Shown here: positions 28,299 to 37,455 of the stretch, in pieces
Position numbering within the stretch: the first letter of the stretch is position 1
Layout: each line of letters begins with the position of its first letter
Assembly: GCA_965662175.1 (NCBI GenBank)
Contig: CBFIGT010000006.1
Coordinates: 312 to 46,810, forward strand
DNA: 46,499 bases
Reading direction: 5' to 3'
Source: Arcobacter sp.
Lineage (GTDB): Bacteria; Campylobacterota; Campylobacteria; Campylobacterales; Arcobacteraceae
Notes under the pieces: generated by a model
The model's input: the letters and a program-made list of their open reading frames with translations, nothing else
What the model was told of the DNA's origin: nothing
Databases searched by the model: none
Position numbers and translations under genes: made by a program

Positions 28299-29777
28299 AT
28301 GAAAAAAGTTTTATTTAGTTTTTTTATTTATATTTTATTTTTTTGTAATACACTTTTTGGGAGTGCGGTTTTAATTTCACCTGATAATTTTGTGGAAAAT
28401 GAGCCTTTTGTTTTTGAGATTGAGGCTTTAGGCAAAAGTGTAGAAATTAAAGATATAAAAGAAATAGATGGAAATATTGTACAAAATCTTGGAACTAGTA
28501 GGACAATTACTAGTATTAATGGAGAGATTACAAGTAAAATAAAAAAGAGCTTTCAACTTTTTCCAAAAGATAAGTTTACTATTCCCTCATATGAGATTGA
28601 AATTGATGGCAAAATTTATAAAACAAAAGAGAAAATTGTAAATAGAGTATCTGTAAAAAAGAGTATTTCAAATAAGTATGAACTATCATTAGAGCTTGAA
28701 AAGGACTCTTTATATGTTGGTGAAGATACTATTTTAAAATTAAAATTTAAATATAGAAAAGATTTACAAATAGTTGATTTAGCTTTAGTTATGCCAACTT
28801 TTAAAAATATTTGGATGAAACAATTAAAAAATACAAAAAACTATGAAGAGGGTGAATATAATATTCAAGAGTTAGAGTTTTTGATTTTTCCTCAAAAAAG
28901 TGCTAGGTTGAAACTCCCTGCAATTAGAATTGATGCTAAGATTTTAGATAATCAATACTCTTCATACTCGCTTTTTTCACCACCTACAAAAGATATAAAG
29001 ATTTATTCAAATACTCTTGATTTAGATGTAAAAGCATTACCTCAAGGTGTCAATTTAATAGGTGAGTTTTTGCTAAAATCATCTATTTCTAAGGATGAAA
29101 TTAATGCAAATGAACCTTTATCTTTTAAAATAAATATAGATGGTTTTGGAAATATTGAAGATATAAAAGATATAAAACTAAATATAAATAGTGCAACAAT
29201 ATATGAAAATAAACCACTAATAAATACAGATATTGAAAATAGAAGATATAAGTTTTCTTATGAAAAAACTTTTTCTATTTTGGCAAATAGTGATTTTACA
29301 ATTCCAAGTATTGAGTTAAAATATTTTGATAAAAATATAGGAAAAGTTGTAAGTCAAAAAACCCAAGAGTACAAAATAAAAGTTAAAAACCAAGTGGAAG
29401 AAAAAGTTTCCGTATTGGAAAAAGCTAAAGAGAGCACTTTGGATAAAGAGTTAAAAATAGAGGAAAAAGTTGTTTATAAAAGCTCAACAAAGGATAAAGT
29501 GATATTTTTTATCTTGGGTTGTTTATTTACATTATTAATAATTGGTTTATACTATTATGTTAAAAATAGAAAAATTAATGATAAAGAGGATTTACCTTTA
29601 GTTAAGTTAGTAAAAAAATCTAAAACTAAAGAGAGTTTAATCAAAATATTAATTCCATATTTGGCTATTGATAATAGTTTAGATGATATAATCTTTAAAC
29701 TTGAAAAACAGAACGATATAGATTTAAAAATAGTAAAAAAAGAGATTATAAATATATTAGAATCTCTAAAAATATAA
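28299..29777 (+). CDS. BatD-like exported protein with C-terminal TM
   Basis: Signal peptide; SRTITSING, SLYVGE, LIFPQKS, GFGNI, FTIPSIELKYFD beta-sandwich motifs; C-terminal anchor. Confidence 0.7.
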   Translation: MKKVLFSFFIYILFFCNTLFGSAVLISPDNFVENEPFVFEIEALGKSVEIKDIKEIDGNIVQNLGTSRTITSINGEITSKIKKSFQLFPKDKFTIPSYEIEIDGKIYKTKEKIVNRVSVKKSISNKYELSLELEKDSLYVGEDTILKLKFKYRKDLQIVDLALVMPTFKNIWMKQLKNTKNYEEGEYNIQELEFLIFPQKSARLKLPAIRIDAKILDNQYSSYSLFSPPTKDIKIYSNTLDLDVKALPQGVNLIGEFLLKSSISKDEINANEPLSFKINIDGFGNIEDIKDIKLNINSATIYENKPLINTDIENRRYKFSYEKTFSILANSDFTIPSIELKYFDKNIGKVVSQKTQEYKIKVKNQVEEKVSVLEKAKESTLDKELKIEEKVVYKSSTKDKVIFFILGCLFTLLIIGLYYYVKNRKINDKEDLPLVKLVKKSKTKESLIKILIPYLAIDNSLDDIIFKLEKQNDIDLKIVKKEIINILESLKI

Positions 29778-29787
29778 AAGGAAATTT

Positions 29788-30498
29788 ATGAAAATTGTTA
29801 GCTTATTAGTTTTAGCTGCAAGCTTTTTATTTGGTATGGAGTATTACTCAAAGTTGGAGCCTTATAATAATTATGTTATAAAATCGGCTGTTAGTGGAAA
29901 AGTAGTTTTTTCAAATGATGAAATTGAGGGTAAAACAGTAGATAAAAAAACAAAAATCTTGGAAATAGATAATAGTTTAAATAAAATTGAATTAGCTCAA
30001 ACAAAAAAGAAGCTTGAAGTTTTAGATGAGATGCTAAAGATTCAAGATAAAAACTTTAATAGATTAAGTAAAATATCTTCAAAATCAGCATACGAAAAAG
30101 ATAATCAAAAAATTCAAGTTCTTAATTTAGAGTCTACAAAAAGTGATTTACTTATTAAAATTGCAACATTAGAAGATACAATTAATAATAAACTACTATT
30201 TGAAGAGAAGATGTATATTTATAATATAAGTGTAGAAGAGGGCGATTATGTAGCTCCTGGAACTCTACTTTATGAAGCAAAAGATTTAAGAAAAGGGAAA
30301 TTGGAGATTTTTATTCCTATTTCTGAATATAGTGATATTTTAAGTAAAACAATCTATTTAGATGGTGAAAAAACAGATTTAAAAATTGATAAAATATATA
30401 AAGTTGCAGATAGTAAACATATCTCTTCATATAAGTGTGAAATAATTTTACCTAATCCTAAAACTTTTTCAAGATTAGTTAAAATCGAATTTAGATAA
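29788..30498 (+). CDS. Membrane-fusion (HlyD-like) periplasmic adaptor
   Basis: IKSAVSGKV and VEEGDYVAPGTLL lipoyl half-motifs around a coiled coil. Confidence 0.7.
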   Translation: MKIVSLLVLAASFLFGMEYYSKLEPYNNYVIKSAVSGKVVFSNDEIEGKTVDKKTKILEIDNSLNKIELAQTKKKLEVLDEMLKIQDKNFNRLSKISSKSAYEKDNQKIQVLNLESTKSDLLIKIATLEDTINNKLLFEEKMYIYNISVEEGDYVAPGTLLYEAKDLRKGKLEIFIPISEYSDILSKTIYLDGEKTDLKIDKIYKVADSKHISSYKCEIILPNPKTFSRLVKIEFR

Positions 30499-30514
30499 AT
30501 TTTGTGAATAAAAT

Positions 30515-31699
30515 TTGAATTATAGAGAGCTTTTAGCTAATTATCCTTTAGTTAGGAAATTATCTATTTTACAAGTTATTGCTTATTTTGGAGCATGGTT
30601 TTCAAATGTAGCTATTTATACTATGCTTGTAGAGTTTGGCTCTAGTGCATTGGCTATTTCAGTTGTAACAGCCATGCACTTAATTCCTGCAATTGTAATT
30701 GCTCCATTATCAGGAACAATTATAGATAAATTTAGAATTAAGCCTTTAATGCTTACCTTACTTTCAACTGAACTTATTATGACTCTTTTTCTTTTGACAA
30801 TTGATAGCAAAGATGATATATGGCTTTTAATGATATTTATTTTTATTAGAATGTCATGTGCTTCTATGTTTTTTTCAACAGAAATGACCCTATTACCTAG
30901 AATAGTTTCAGGGGAGGCTTTAAAAAAGACAAATGAAATTCACTCAATTATTTGGTCATTTACTTACGCTTTTGGTATGGCTATTTGTGGTTTAATTGTA
31001 AACTATTATGGAGTTAAAACAGCTATTATTTTGGATGCACTATTTTTTTTAACAGCTATTATAGTCTTTTTAAATATAGATTTTAAAGTTGAAGTTGTAC
31101 ATACTAAAGAGAAAATTTTATCTATGATAAAAGATGGCTTTTATTATATAAAAAACAATAAACTAGTTCTTCATCTTCTTATTCTTCACTCTTCAGTTGG
31201 ATTAACAGCTTTTGATACATTAGTTACATTATTGGCTAAAAATGAGTATAAATATGTTATTGCTGTACCTTTAGCAATTGGTATTACAAATGCAATTAGA
31301 GCACTTGCACTTATGATAGGACCTCTTATTATTTCTAATTGGGTAAATAAAGATAGATTAGCATTGGTATTTGTTTTTCAAGGTTTTGCCATAATTTTAT
31401 GGGGATTTTTTCAATCAAATTTTTATATAGCATTAATAGCTGTGTTTTTGACAGGATTAATGACAACAACTATTTGGTCAATTACCTATGCCTTTATTCA
31501 AGAAAGAGTAGAACATAAATATCTTGGACGTGTAATTTCATATAATGATATGATTTTTATGCTTTCTAATGTACTTACAACTTTTTTTATTGGTATTATG
31601 GCTGATATAATTCCCTTAAGTGCCATAACAATAATTTTAGGAATTGGCTTTTTTATATTTGCAATTTATTATAAAAGAGTTATTCAAACTCTTTTATAA
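30515..31699 (+). CDS. MFS transporter
   Basis: About 12 hydrophobic segments; SGTIIDKF motif A; YLGRVIS. Confidence 0.9.
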   Translation: MNYRELLANYPLVRKLSILQVIAYFGAWFSNVAIYTMLVEFGSSALAISVVTAMHLIPAIVIAPLSGTIIDKFRIKPLMLTLLSTELIMTLFLLTIDSKDDIWLLMIFIFIRMSCASMFFSTEMTLLPRIVSGEALKKTNEIHSIIWSFTYAFGMAICGLIVNYYGVKTAIILDALFFLTAIIVFLNIDFKVEVVHTKEKILSMIKDGFYYIKNNKLVLHLLILHSSVGLTAFDTLVTLLAKNEYKYVIAVPLAIGITNAIRALALMIGPLIISNWVNKDRLALVFVFQGFAIILWGFFQSNFYIALIAVFLTGLMTTTIWSITYAFIQERVEHKYLGRVISYNDMIFMLSNVLTTFFIGIMADIIPLSAITIILGIGFFIFAIYYKRVIQTLL

Positions 31700-31713
31700 A
31701 TATAAAATAATAA

Positions 31714-32367
31714 TTAAACTCTAAATTTTTCAAAGAGTTCTTTTTTGTCCATTTCAACTTCTATTGAAGCATTACTAACTCTTTTTTTGAATTTTATATA
31801 TAATTTATATTGTAAGATTATTCCTATAAATCCTAAAAAAGAGAGGAAAATTAGTAGATAATTTAAATTATCTGTAATATAATCAAAACTCATAGCAGTA
31901 AGACTTCCAGCAACAATTGCACTTGAAATCATAAATGACCTAATCATTAAATAATCTTTTAACTCAACTTTTTCATCTTGCATAAAATCAACAGTATGAA
32001 TTCTTGCTATTTCAAATGTAATACCTTGAATTGTAAAAATTGTTAAGATTATATAAGTAAAAACTAAAATATCATCGTTATATAACAAATAACTAGCAAT
32101 TTGAATAATATCTAATATAATAGCAAATAAATAAATATTATAAATCTTTATATTTTTAAATAAAGGTTGAATAAATCCATCTAAAGCACCAATTAGCATA
32201 TAAAAACTAATCATAAATACGGGTAAATAAGTACCCTCTAATTTTGTAACAAAGGGAATTAAAGTCCAATCAATATAAGTAACTAGAAAAAGAGTTATTG
32301 ATTGTATCTTTAAGAAGTTACTACTTTTAATTTCTCTAAAAATCGGGGCATAATTTTTGAATGCCAT
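31714..32367 (-). CDS. Hypothetical integral membrane protein (~6 TM)
   Basis: About six hydrophobic segments; AGGA SD upstream on the minus strand. Confidence 0.75.
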   Translation of the reverse strand: MAFKNYAPIFREIKSSNFLKIQSITLFLVTYIDWTLIPFVTKLEGTYLPVFMISFYMLIGALDGFIQPLFKNIKIYNIYLFAIILDIIQIASYLLYNDDILVFTYIILTIFTIQGITFEIARIHTVDFMQDEKVELKDYLMIRSFMISSAIVAGSLTAMSFDYITDNLNYLLIFLSFLGFIGIILQYKLYIKFKKRVSNASIEVEMDKKELFEKFRV

Positions 32368-32447
32368 TTAAAAATCCTATTAATTTCAAATAATATATTT
32401 CTTGAAATCATAATGGAAGTATACTACAAAAAAATCTCTTTTATTAA

Positions 32448-33080
32448 TTAAATATCATCTAAAAAATTAATATTTTTAAAATACATTTTATAAAAAGGTA
32501 AGCTTACCTCTTCGAAACTATCTTTATCCAAAAATAGATTTATATACCAATCAAAATCAATCTCTCTATTTTTTAAAGCCTCTTGAGAAAGTAGTGTATC
32601 ATTTATACTACCTAGTTTGCTTGGGCAAATTAGTATGGCTTTTGTATTGAATTTTTTTATTAAATCAATTATGAAAAAATCTTTTTCTAAAGGAACCATT
32701 AATCCACCAGCACCCTCAATAATTAAAATATCACAAAGCTTTTCTAACTCCTCTTTTCTTTTAAGTAAAAAATCAATATCAATTTTTTGTGACCCTTTTG
32801 CCACAAATGGAGCAGCTGGAAGTTTAAACTGATAAGGTACAACAAAATCAATATTTACATTAAAATCTGGATTTAAAGATTTTGTTAAGGCTAGCATTTT
32901 AGAACCATCAAGAGGTTTATCTTTAACACCTGTTTCACATGGCTTAAAATAGCCAACTTTTAATCCCTCTTTTGCAAAAGCTTTTAAAAATAGTGAAGCA
33001 GCATAAGTTTTACCAACATCTGTGTTTGTTGCAGTTATAAATAAGCTTTTATTTATAAGGTAATTTTTCATATTAATCAT
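32448..33080 (-). CDS. bioD: Dethiobiotin synthetase
   Basis: TATNTDVGKT, KPCETG, EGAGG, LGSINDT. Confidence 0.95.
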   Translation of the reverse strand: MINMKNYLINKSLFITATNTDVGKTYAASLFLKAFAKEGLKVGYFKPCETGVKDKPLDGSKMLALTKSLNPDFNVNIDFVVPYQFKLPAAPFVAKGSQKIDIDFLLKRKEELEKLCDILIIEGAGGLMVPLEKDFFIIDLIKKFNTKAILICPSKLGSINDTLLSQEALKNREIDFDWYINLFLDKDSFEEVSLPFYKMYFKNINFLDDI

Positions 33081-33094
33081 TGTAAATTCTTTTT

Positions 33095-33103
33095 TGGTAT
33101 AAT
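33095..33103 (+). promoter_or_regulatory. Extended -10 promoter for clpS-clpA
   Basis: TGGTATAAT about 30 nt upstream of clpS GTG. Confidence 0.6.
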
Positions 33104-33134
33104 ATTATTCAATTTTATCCAAAAAGGTTTTTAA

Positions 33135-33434
33135 GTGGCAAATGAATTTGAAATTGAATTAAATGATGACTTAGATATTGAAGAGCCAAAAAAATATAAA
33201 GTTTTACTATTAAATGATAACTATTCTACTATGGATTTTGTAATTGATATACTTGTTAGAATATTTAAAAAAAGTACAGATGAAGCAACAGCTATTATGT
33301 TAAATATACATAATAATGGAAAAGGTGTATGTGGTGTTTATACCCATGAAATCGCTTCAACAAAAGTTATGCAAGTGAAAAACTTAGCTAGACAAAAGGG
33401 TTTTCCTTTAAAAGCTATTATGGAAGAAGAGTAA
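33135..33434 (+). CDS. clpS: Clp protease adaptor ClpS
   Basis: YKVLLLNDNYSTMDFV, IHNNG, GFPL. Confidence 0.96.
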   Translation: MANEFEIELNDDLDIEEPKKYKVLLLNDNYSTMDFVIDILVRIFKKSTDEATAIMLNIHNNGKGVCGVYTHEIASTKVMQVKNLARQKGFPLKAIMEEE

Positions 33435-33437
33435 ATT

Positions 33438-35662
33438 ATGATAAGTAAAGAATTAAGAGAAGTTTTTGGTCAAGCTGTTAGTTATGCTAAACAAAGTAAG
33501 CATGAATATTTGACTTTAGAGCATATATTTTTAATGCTTCTAAATGATGAGTTTATTTCAGGAATGTTAAGTGATTTAGGATTAGATACTAAAAAAATAT
33601 TTAATGATACAAAAAAACATATTGAACTTAGTACTCCAAAATTACCTGAAAATATAAATGATGAACCAATTGAGACTACAACATTAACCTCAGTTATTGA
33701 AAATATGGTTGCACATACTCAAACATCAGGAAAAGGTTATGCAACTGTAGATGATATGTTTGTAGCGATTTTAAAAAATGAGAAATCTTATGCTACCTAT
33801 GCTTTAAAATCTCAAGGAATTGAGAGAGTTGATATTTTAGAAGAGATATCACATAAAGAGGTTGAGGTTGAAGATGAAGAAGATTTTCAAGAGCCAAGAT
33901 TAAATAAAAAGAATGAGATATTAGAGAATAACTCGGTTGAATTAGTTGCATTAGCTAAAAAGGGGATATTGATCCTGTTATAGGAAGAGATGTTGAGATA
34001 AATAGAGTTATCCAAATTTTATCAAGAAGAAAAAAGAATAACCCAATTTTAGTTGGTGAACCAGGTGTTGGAAAAACAGCTATTGCAGAGGGTTTAGCCC
34101 TTGAAATTGCCAAAGAGGATGCACCAGCTTTTTTAAAAAATGCAAAACTATTCTCACTTGATATGGGTTCTATGTTAGCAGGGACTAAATATAGAGGTGA
34201 TTTTGAGAAAAAATTAAAAGGTCTTTTAAAAGAGATTAGTAAAATTCCTAATGCGATTTTATTTATAGATGAGATTCATACTATTGTTGGTGCTGGAAGT
34301 GTTGGTGGTGGAGCTATGGATGCTTCTAATATTTTAAAGCCAATGTTAGCAAGTGGAAAACTAAAATGTATAGGTGCAACAACTTTTGCTGAGTATAGAA
34401 ATGACTTTTCAAAAGATAAGGCACTTAGTCGTAGATTTGCAAAGGTTGACATAAATGAGCCATCAAGTGAAGATTGTGTAACTATTTTAGATGGAATAAA
34501 ATCAAAATATGAAGAGTTTCATAATGTAAAATTTAATAGAAAATCTTTAGAAATGGCTGTTGAACTTAGTAAAAAATTTATAAATGATAGATTTTTACCT
34601 GATAGTGCAATTGATGTAATTGATGAGGTTGGAGCCACTAAAAAACTAGAGTTAAATGCTGATGGAAAAAATGAAAAACCAATTCAAATTTTACCAAAAG
34701 ATATTGAACAAACAGTTGCACTTATGGCAAATGTACCAACAAAATCAGCTACAAAATCTGATATTACTTTACTTAAAACTTTAGAGAAAAGTATGCAAAA
34801 AAGAGTATTTGGTCAAGATGATGCAATTACTTCTATTGTAAAAGCTATTAAGATAAATAGAGCAGGACTTGGAGGCGAGAGTAAACCAATAGGAAGTTTT
34901 CTTTTTACAGGACCTACAGGTGTTGGTAAAACTGAGGTTGCTAAAGAGTTATCAAATCAATTAGGAATTCATTTTGAAAGATTTGATATGAGTGAATATA
35001 TGGAAGCTCATACAGTTTCAAGACTTATTGGAGCACCTGCTGGTTATGTTGGATTTGAGCAAGGTGGACTTTTAACAGAGGCTATTAGAAAACATCCACA
35101 TTGTGTATTATTATTAGATGAGATAGAAAAAGCTCATCCTGATTTAATGTCTATTTTACTGCAAGTTATGGATAATGCTGAATTAACAGATAATAGTGGT
35201 AATAAAGCTGATTTTCAAAATGTAATACTAATAATGACATCGAATTTAGGTTCATCAGAAGCTAATGTAATGGGATTTGCAAAAGATGATTCTTTAAATG
35301 AAAATAAAGCAATAAATAAATTCTTTGCACCTGAGTTTAGAAATAGACTTGATAATATTGTAACTTTTGTGCCACTTACACTTGATATAGTTTCAAAAGT
35401 TGTTGGTAAATTTATTGATGATTTAAAAACTCAAATTAGCGATAAAAACATTGATATTTCAATTACTTTAAGAGCTAAAAAAGAGCTAGCATCAAGAGGT
35501 TATGATAAAACTATGGGTGCTAGACCACTTAATAGGGTTATTGCTAAAGAAATAAAAGATAAAATAACAGATGAAATTCTTTTTGGTAAACTTAAAAAAG
35601 GTGGTTTAGTTAAAATTGATTTTGTAGATGATGAGTTTAAATTTGATTATAAAAAAATATAA
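33438..35662 (+). pseudogene. clpA: ClpA with a 1-nt frameshift at 33957-33965 (real lesion or assembly error)
   Basis: N domain in one frame. From 33965 the -1 frame reads DIDPVIGR..KNNPILVGEPGVGKT and continues into ORF 34163-35662 (GPTGVGKT, RLIGAPAGYVG). Confidence 0.9.
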
Positions 35663-35675
35663 GATGGAGTTCAAA

Positions 35676-36293
35676 ATGAGAAATTTGTTACTTAGTTCTG
35701 CTGTTGCTATATTGTTATTTACAGGTTGTAATGAGACAAAAGAGGAAACTAAAATAGAAGTTCAGCCTAAAACTGAAGTTAAGAGTGTTGAAAACAGTAC
35801 TGAAAAGAATATGGAAATAATAAAAGAAAAAAGTAGTGAGATTTTTAATTCAAGTAAAGAGATAGTTGAAGCTGTTAAAGAAGAGAGTGTTAAGCTACTT
35901 GATAGTTCTAAAGAGATTACAAAAGATGTGGTTGAAAAGGCAAAAGATGTGACTGTAGTAGTTGCAAAAGAGGCAAAAGAGATTACAAATAGTGTAGCTA
36001 ATGATATTAATAAAAGTATGGATAGTGTTATTGAGACTAAAAAAGAGTCAACAGTTGATGCTCAAAAACTATATATGAAATGTGCTGGTTGTCATGGACA
36101 AACAGGAGAGTTACACGCTTTGGGTAAATCACAAATTATAAAAGAGTGGGATAAAGCAAAAGTAAAAGAGGCCTTATTAGGTTATAAAAATGGAACTTAT
36201 GGTGGAAATATGAAAGGTGTTATGATAGGTCAGGTTATGAATCTATCGGAGTCTGATATTGATGCATTAGCTTCACATATCTCTAATTTTTAA
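35676..36293 (+). CDS. Lipoprotein monoheme cytochrome c (c553-like) on a helical linker
   Basis: ATG at 35676 after GGAG; lipobox LFTGC; CAGCH heme motif; GGNMKGVM distal Met region. Confidence 0.88.
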   Translation: MRNLLLSSAVAILLFTGCNETKEETKIEVQPKTEVKSVENSTEKNMEIIKEKSSEIFNSSKEIVEAVKEESVKLLDSSKEITKDVVEKAKDVTVVVAKEAKEITNSVANDINKSMDSVIETKKESTVDAQKLYMKCAGCHGQTGELHALGKSQIIKEWDKAKVKEALLGYKNGTYGGNMKGVMIGQVMNLSESDIDALASHISNF

Positions 36294-36365
36294 GAAACTG
36301 ATTATATATTTCTTAAAGTTAGTATAAACTAAAATAAATATCAAAATAAAATTATTTAAAAAACT

Positions 36366-36395
36366 TTTTAAAAGCCTTTAACTAGGCTTTTAAAA
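36366..36395. terminator. Symmetric, probably bidirectional hairpin terminator
   Basis: TTTTAAAAGCCT-TTAACT-AGGCTTTTAAAA perfect 12-bp stem. Confidence 0.72.
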
Positions 36396-36516
36396 GAATT
36401 AATAACTAAAATAACTCAAATAACTTTTTATAATATTTTTCTAAATTTAAAAACTATCTAAATATCTAGACTCAATTGTTTTGTATAATTAAATTATTGT
36501 GTTTTCTAAGGATAGT

Positions 36517-37455
36517 ATGAAAGAGATTTTAAAAAGACTTGAAATTATAAAAAGTTGTATTTCTATTGAAGATGAAGAGAGTCTTTATTTTCAGGTTCAA
36601 AGATTAAAAACATTAGAACTAGATAAAAATGTACAAGAGATTTTAACTCTTATTGAAAATACTAATTTCCAAAAAGTAATCCCATTAATAGATATTTATA
36701 TAACAAAATTCAGTTCATTGATTGTATATGAAGATAAAGAGATACAAGGCTTAAAATTAGAACTTAAACTTTTGGAAAAAGAGTTATTGAGTTTAAGTTG
36801 TGAACTTGAAGAGTATCATAGCCAAATAAATAGTTTTAATAGTAAATATCACAAAGAGTTAGGACTTTTAATAGAAGAGGTTTTGATACTAAGGGAAGAG
36901 TATTTTGAATATCTTTATAATGATGATAAAAAAAGATATGAGTATGAATATTTTGAAGCCAAAAAAGATTTTGAAAGTTTTCATGAAGAGATTAAAAAGT
37001 TTAGATTAGATACTCCTTTTGAATTAAGTAAAAAAGAGAAAATAGAATTAAAAAGATTGTATAAAAAAGCTAGTAGACTTTGTCATCCTGATATTATAGA
37101 GGATGAAAAGAAAGAGGAAGCCCAAGAGATATTTAAAGAGTTAAATGCAGCATATCAGCAAAATGATATCAAAAAAGTAAGTGATATACTAAACCATCTT
37201 TTAAGAGGTGAAAACTTCTCTTTTGATTCTGATGTACTTTTTGATAGAAATATCTTAAAAAATAAAATTGAAATGGCAAGGGATAAGATTAAAGTAGTTA
37301 CAACTGAAATAGAGGTAATAAAAAGAGATAGTACTTATAATTTGATAAATAGTATTGAAAATTTAGAAGAGTATATTTATGAAATGAAAAAAGAACTAAA
37401 AGATGAAAAAGAGGCAATTTTGAAAAAAATAAAAGAGTATAAATATGACAAGTAG
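36517..37455 (+). CDS. Coiled-coil protein with internal J (DnaJ) domain
   Basis: LKRLYKKASRLCHPD...AQEIFKELNAAY. ATG 36517 follows AAGGA SD (ORF track starts at GTG 36499); TATAAT at 36484-36489. Confidence 0.85.
   Translation: MKEILKRLEIIKSCISIEDEESLYFQVQRLKTLELDKNVQEILTLIENTNFQKVIPLIDIYITKFSSLIVYEDKEIQGLKLELKLLEKELLSLSCELEEYHSQINSFNSKYHKELGLLIEEVLILREEYFEYLYNDDKKRYEYEYFEAKKDFESFHEEIKKFRLDTPFELSKKEKIELKRLYKKASRLCHPDIIEDEKKEEAQEIFKELNAAYQQNDIKKVSDILNHLLRGENFSFDSDVLFDRNILKNKIEMARDKIKVVTTEIEVIKRDSTYNLINSIENLEEYIYEMKKELKDEKEAILKKIKEYKYDK

Noticed and set aside
33957..33965. Campylobacter-style phase-variable poly-G tract in clpA
   Set aside because: The run is only A5G4, much shorter than typical contingency tracts.
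35628..35675. Longer N-terminus for the cytochrome c
   Set aside because: It overlaps clpA; the SD and lipoprotein signal fit ATG 35676.
36294..36516. IS end, att site or sRNA in the gap before the J protein
   Set aside because: Only one hairpin and AT-rich tracts are present; no transposase, integrase, paired terminal repeats or recognisable RNA structure.
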